Positions 59,869 through 64,000 of a stretch of 64,000 nucleotides of DNA are shown piece by piece. Position numbers and translations under genes: made by a program. How positions within the stretch are numbered: the first letter of the stretch is position 1; every line of letters starts with the position of its first letter. Where the stretch lies: the IMG/VR virus record IMGVR_UViG_3300025902_000018; one strand, written 5' to 3'. The notes beneath the pieces are model-generated. The model searched no databases and had not been told where the DNA came from. It saw only the letters and a list, made by a program, of their open reading frames with translations. The stretch is from an uncultured virus (IMG/VR IMGVR_UViG_3300025902_000018). Taxonomy: Duplodnaviria > Heunggongvirae > Uroviricota > Caudoviricetes.

Positions 59869-60435
59869 ATGAAAACATTTAAGTCATTTGTCACCACAAA
59901 ACACGATTTAAGTGAAGCGATATCAACAGATAAGAAGGAAAAATTCAAGAAGATTCTATTCTGCACTTTGACTCAGGGAAGGTTAACTCCAAACTCTAGC
60001 AATTATGACTACTTCTACAGAGAAGTTGAAGACAATATTGGGGAACTAAAGTTTTTAAATATCAATGAAAAATCTGTTCCGAACATAGATATCTTTGTAG
60101 AATTTTTCTCTGGTAGTCCAATCTTTAAGTCAGTAAACACTAAAGTAGGTAAAACTCCTATCATTAAGTCTTTAGCTGAATTGGAAGGGTACTTCGCTAA
60201 TGGTAATAAAGAAGAGAAGAATCAGTTCATTAAAGATTACTCTACTCTAGCTGCTAATTTAGAGTCTGCCTGGAATGGTTATAAAGAGGAAGTAAAGGAA
60301 ATGGCAAAGGCATACCCAGATGAGTCCTTTATCATCCAAAAAAATGGCTTTGTTGAATCTGTACTTCAACTGTTAGAGGCTTCAGATCCGGAGTCACCTA
60401 TTGTGACCTTATTCCTACCTACTAAACTAATCTAA
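59869..60435 (+). CDS. Hypothetical, capsid-targeting-like N-terminus
   Basis: MKTFKSFVTTKHDLSEA. Confidence 0.6.
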   Translation: MKTFKSFVTTKHDLSEAISTDKKEKFKKILFCTLTQGRLTPNSSNYDYFYREVEDNIGELKFLNINEKSVPNIDIFVEFFSGSPIFKSVNTKVGKTPIIKSLAELEGYFANGNKEEKNQFIKDYSTLAANLESAWNGYKEEVKEMAKAYPDESFIIQKNGFVESVLQLLEASDPESPIVTLFLPTKLI

Positions 60436-61149
60436 AGAGAGTTCTTCATCCTGAAGATCGTTGTAGTAGTTTCTGATAGAATCGAGATCTCCAGAGTTTC
60501 TAATCACCTTAAAGGCTAAGTTCTCTACTGAGTATTCACCACCAGTTTGAAGTCCTGTTTGTCGCATCTCAGCAATTCTATCTAAAAGACTTTCTACCTG
60601 GGTTAAATCTGTGCAGTGAGTTTCTACAATATCTTGAATCTCAGAGATGAGTTCGTTGGCTTTAGCCTGAACTTGTCCTGAATCAATTGAAATTTGTACT
60701 GGTTGAGGTACTGAAAGCCATTCTTGGTTAGTTAATGAATAGACTCCGGCATTCTCAACAATGGATTCCTTTTGGGTAGTAGCATAGACTTCTACTGGAA
60801 TGCCATAGATAGAAATAGAATGTTTGTCATTCCAAAGAGCCTTTTTGGTCTGGATGACATCTTCAATGGAGATCAGTTCACACGCCCCTTCTTTGGCAAA
60901 GTAGTCGGGATTGATGAGTAGATGTACATCTAAATCTGAGTTAGTTGTCCAGTTAAAGTTGGCATTAGAGCCAGTAAGTACTATATCAGATACTGAATCC
61001 GGGGGAAGAGACTGAGACTCAATAAACTGTGAGGCGATTCTTAGTAGATGATCAGAAACTTCTGGTTTGATGGTTTGATCTGGATTCCAAATCTTAGGAT
61101 TTAAGGTTTTCTGGAACTGAGTTTGTTTAAATTCTTTAAAAGGAAGCAT
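60427..61149 (-). CDS. Pol-beta-superfamily nucleotidyltransferase
   Basis: LTGSNANFNW...SDLDVHLL, GIPVEVY, GEYSVENLAFK; ACTAAATA upstream. Confidence 0.75.
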   Translation of the reverse strand: MLPFKEFKQTQFQKTLNPKIWNPDQTIKPEVSDHLLRIASQFIESQSLPPDSVSDIVLTGSNANFNWTTNSDLDVHLLINPDYFAKEGACELISIEDVIQTKKALWNDKHSISIYGIPVEVYATTQKESIVENAGVYSLTNQEWLSVPQPVQISIDSGQVQAKANELISEIQDIVETHCTDLTQVESLLDRIAEMRQTGLQTGGEYSVENLAFKVIRNSGDLDSIRNYYNDLQDEELSLD

Positions 61150-61202
61150 TGGGTAGGTGTCCTCGCCAAAGTGGTTTCAACTATTTAGTTTTTCCTGGGG
61201 GA

Positions 61203-61871
61203 ATGAGCATGTTTAAAGTGGTAGTCCTTATCTCAGGGGGTGGGAGTAATTTTCTTAAGATAGCCAGCTATTTCAGAACTCATGAGTTGCCTGTATCCTG
61301 TGTTGGTCTCATTTCTAACCGTCCAGAAGCAAAAGGGCTAAAGATCGCAAAAGAGTTCCAGATTCCACCCTTTGTCCTTGATCACACTACCTTTGTCTCT
61401 AGGACTACCTTTGAGCAGGCTTTAGCTCATGTGATTGATTCCCTCTCTCCGGATCTAATAGTCCTAGCAGGATTCATGCGGGTTTTGTCTAAAGAGTTCA
61501 CTGAACTGTACCTGGGGAAAATGATCAACATTCACCCCTCTTTGCTGCCAAAATTTAAAGGACTTCACACTCACCGAAGAGCTTTAGCTGCTAAGGAAGT
61601 CGAACATGGGGCTTCAGTTCATTTTGTTTCCCCTGAATTGGATGGTGGTCCCCTCATTGCCCAAGCAAAACTTCAGGTAGATCCAAAATGGAATACAGAA
61701 GTCCTAGGTGATCAGGTTTTAAGAGTGGAGCACCTCCTCTATCCTTTAGTCATTAGGGCCTTTTCGGAACATAGAATTTCATGGAACAACGGTTGTCCTA
61801 CCTTTGATGGAAAGCCATTGTCTTCTCCAATTCAACTTGAAGAGTTACTCAATGAATATTACACTGATTGA
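61203..61871 (+). CDS. purN: Phosphoribosylglycinamide formyltransferase
   Basis: VLISGGGSN, LAGFMRVL, INIHPSLLP, GASVHFV, LDGGP. Confidence 0.92.
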   Translation: MSMFKVVVLISGGGSNFLKIASYFRTHELPVSCVGLISNRPEAKGLKIAKEFQIPPFVLDHTTFVSRTTFEQALAHVIDSLSPDLIVLAGFMRVLSKEFTELYLGKMINIHPSLLPKFKGLHTHRRALAAKEVEHGASVHFVSPELDGGPLIAQAKLQVDPKWNTEVLGDQVLRVEHLLYPLVIRAFSEHRISWNNGCPTFDGKPLSSPIQLEELLNEYYTD

Positions 61872-63180
61872 TCCTAAGCAGATTTCAGATCCAGAAGTTC
61901 TAGCCATGCTCATGGCTTTTTACTCTAGGTCTACCAAGCCTATTCATGATAGGCTAGAAACACTGGGAGAGAATGAGTTAAAGATTAAAGAAGCCTTAAA
62001 GAAGTATTATATTGGGTATGGACATGACTCTATTGCAGATTGTTCAAGTGTATCCCTATTCTTTGAGGGAATATCTCTACTTGCAGCTAAGTATTTGGAA
62101 GCCACCCCTCTCTTTAATGGTCAGGAATGTTCAACTAGGTATATAGACTTCTCTTCACAAGGAGTTGTAGATCCCTTTGCCACTCCAGAATCGAAGTTGA
62201 TTCAAGAAAGATGGTTAGATATGTATATGACACTTCAAGGCCCAGTTAAAGAACATCTTGAAGATTTGAATCCAAAAACTAAGTTTCAATCTGAAACTGT
62301 CTGGAAGAGGGCAATTACGGCTAAAACCCTAGACATAACCAGGGCATTCTTACCTGTTGGAATGAAAACGTCTGTTGCCCTTCATATGGGAATGGGCCCA
62401 CTTAACAAACACCTCCATAGGTTAAGTTCGGTTAATGAGTTCGAAGTTAGAGAGATTGTTGCTAAAACTCTTCAGTACCTTAAAGAGAAGTTCCCCTATG
62501 TGTTTGCTAGAAAAGATTCACCTGAATCCTTATCCTTCAATGCTGACAGTTGTAAATTCAATAACCATCTAACTCCCCATACCTCCACTAAGTTTATTCA
62601 ACCGTTAAGCGTTACAGACAATATTTCATCTGAAATTTATGAGTATGTAGATCTATTAAACAGTAGACCTAAGGGAACTGAAGTACCTGCATACTTTGCC
62701 TCGATGGGAACAGTCACGATAGAGTATGCCCTTGATTATGGGTCATGGAGAGATATTCAACGTCATCGAAACGCCGTATATAATAAAGCAACTTCAGTAT
62801 CCAGTTCTAGAGTTTTTAGCCCTGAGTATCTCAAGCATATTCCCCCAGACTTTAAGCCTTGGGTACTCCATGAGGTCAATGAACAGTATAGGTCAATTGA
62901 AGAATTAGTCAACGTCTTTATGGATCCTAATAACGTTCAATACTATCTTCCCTTAGGAAACATGGTGAATGCAAAGTTGATCCTGACAATTCCACAACTT
63001 GTCTACATTTTAGAATTAAGATCGTCTCAATCTGTCCACTTTACTTTACGTCAACTTATAGTGTCTATAGGATCTATTTTGAAACCTAGATATCCTATGC
63101 TGTTTCAGCACATGGATGATTCACCAACAGAGTTTAACTTCGCACGAGGATACCAGACCATTGCCAAAAAAGACCGATAA
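61852..63180 (+). CDS. thyX: ThyX-like flavin-dependent thymidylate synthase (tandem-domain)
   Basis: YGHDSIAD, QECSTRY, RAFLP, RDIQRHR, ELRS...VH. Confidence 0.75.
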   Translation: MNITLIDPKQISDPEVLAMLMAFYSRSTKPIHDRLETLGENELKIKEALKKYYIGYGHDSIADCSSVSLFFEGISLLAAKYLEATPLFNGQECSTRYIDFSSQGVVDPFATPESKLIQERWLDMYMTLQGPVKEHLEDLNPKTKFQSETVWKRAITAKTLDITRAFLPVGMKTSVALHMGMGPLNKHLHRLSSVNEFEVREIVAKTLQYLKEKFPYVFARKDSPESLSFNADSCKFNNHLTPHTSTKFIQPLSVTDNISSEIYEYVDLLNSRPKGTEVPAYFASMGTVTIEYALDYGSWRDIQRHRNAVYNKATSVSSSRVFSPEYLKHIPPDFKPWVLHEVNEQYRSIEELVNVFMDPNNVQYYLPLGNMVNAKLILTIPQLVYILELRSSQSVHFTLRQLIVSIGSILKPRYPMLFQHMDDSPTEFNFARGYQTIAKKDR

Positions 63181-63353
63181 AACCTATATTCAGATGTTGA
63201 AGATCATTATTGAACGTGAACTAAGGGACAAGGATGTCAGTGAATTGAACTTGGAACTGTGTAGAGCCTATGCCAGATCTATCTCTGACTATATTAAGAA
63301 TGAAAAGGAGGTAGGGCAAAAAAACCCTAAACTCCTTCTGGAAAGGAAGCTCT

Positions 63354-63731
63354 ATGTCTGACGACACCGCATATAAAGGGAATAAGTCGTTAAAGAAGGC
63401 GTATGAGGATTTTGAGTTTACTGAAGAACAAGTCCAAGAGTTTGTTAAGTGTGCTAAGGATGTAAACTACTTTGCTTCTAATTTTGTCAAAGTAGTTCAT
63501 CCAGATAGGGGTCTCATTCCCATCAAACTCTATGATTACCAACAGGAGCTTCTATCCCACTTTAAAGAAAACAGGAACTGTATTGTTCTGTCTTCCAGGC
63601 AAAGTGGGAAGTGTTTAGGGGGGGATACACCACTGTCAGTAAAGAGAACCGAGGACTCAGAGCCCCTTACGCTGACCTTTGAAGCTCTTTTTGAGACCCT
63701 TAAAGGTTGTAGTGGATTCCATCTTCAATAA
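63354..63731 (+). CDS. terL: Terminase large subunit, N-terminal fragment (86 aa) + IntN1 (39 aa)
   Basis: YKGNKSLKKA...KCAKDVNYF...LYDYQ...SRQSGK|CLGGDTPLSV; gp17-like N-terminus ending at the Walker A Lys. Confidence 0.92.
   Translation: MSDDTAYKGNKSLKKAYEDFEFTEEQVQEFVKCAKDVNYFASNFVKVVHPDRGLIPIKLYDYQQELLSHFKENRNCIVLSSRQSGKCLGGDTPLSVKRTEDSEPLTLTFEALFETLKGCSGFHLQ
63612..63728 (+). other. Split intein N-fragment (IntN1)
   Basis: Block A CLGGDT, then stop after 39 aa. Confidence 0.88.
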
Positions 63732-64000
63732 AGATTCTAGGAAGAGAATCCCAAATAGAGTTCACATAGGCATCGTGAAAGTCGGATCTGGGTGTTTCTA
63801 AGTCTACCAGTTCTTTAAACCCTTCATTGGTAAGGAGCCAGGAAAACAACACCAAGGTCATTACTAGATCATCATGCTGGCCAGTACTGGCTTCAAATGA
63901 CTTCTTTTTCCGTACCAAAGTAGACATCTCTTTGACAATTTCAATATCATTAAGAACGATCCAGTTCTTCTTAAGAAGGTCTATGAGCATTTCAAGACCT
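63700..64000 (-). CDS. terL: Terminase large subunit, C-terminal nuclease end (partial; runs off the window)
   Basis: FEASTGQHDDLVMTLVLFSWL resembles the gp17 nuclease motif HDDLVM; frame open to the window edge. Confidence 0.85.
   Translation of the reverse strand, partial: GLEMLIDLLKKNWIVLNDIEIVKEMSTLVRKKKSFEASTGQHDDLVMTLVLFSWLLTNEGFKELVDLETPRSDFHDAYVNSIWDSLPRIFIEDGIHYNL

Noticed and set aside
61203..61871. DpdN-type preQ1 formyltransferase
   Set aside because: Sequence looks like canonical PurN, lies next to thyX rather than dpdA, and no QueF is visible
284..62908. Many short antisense or overlapping ORFs in the track (e.g. 4067-4501, 23198-23623, 37086-37349, 55724-56068)
   Set aside because: Shadows of well-supported genes with no RBS or motif
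1..64000. tRNA or rRNA genes
   Set aside because: No convincing cloverleaf or T-loop context seen by eye; a tRNAscan run would be needed to exclude them

Overview
64 kb of a large, AT-rich T4-like (myovirus-type) phage genome, probably infecting a Proteobacterium (sigma70 early promoters, T4-type late promoters, gammaproteobacterial-looking PurN, ArfA). T4 core genes are scattered rather than clustered: tail sheath gp18, gp3, clamp gp45, ligase gp30, Rnl1, PseT, DenV. The main observation is a large terminase (gp17) fractured into at least three separate genes (63354-63731 +, 15260-15928 +, and 63700->64000 -). Two atypically split inteins, inserted at Walker A and Walker B, would join the pieces, and the middle piece has an IntC-extein-IntN layout. 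Also present: a 7-deazaguanine DNA-modification set (DpdA, intein-containing Gat-QueC, FolE, QueD-like) with extra co-transcribed enzymes; several IS200/IS605 elements (two intact TnpB, an IsrB+TnpA element interrupting a gene, remnants, two ORF-less reRNA-like cassettes); five shuffled 26-aa repeat proteins; an unannotated short ArfA; RNA-repair enzymes; nucleotide-metabolism genes; and a collapsed dUTPase. All calls come from reading motifs by eye; no searches were run.
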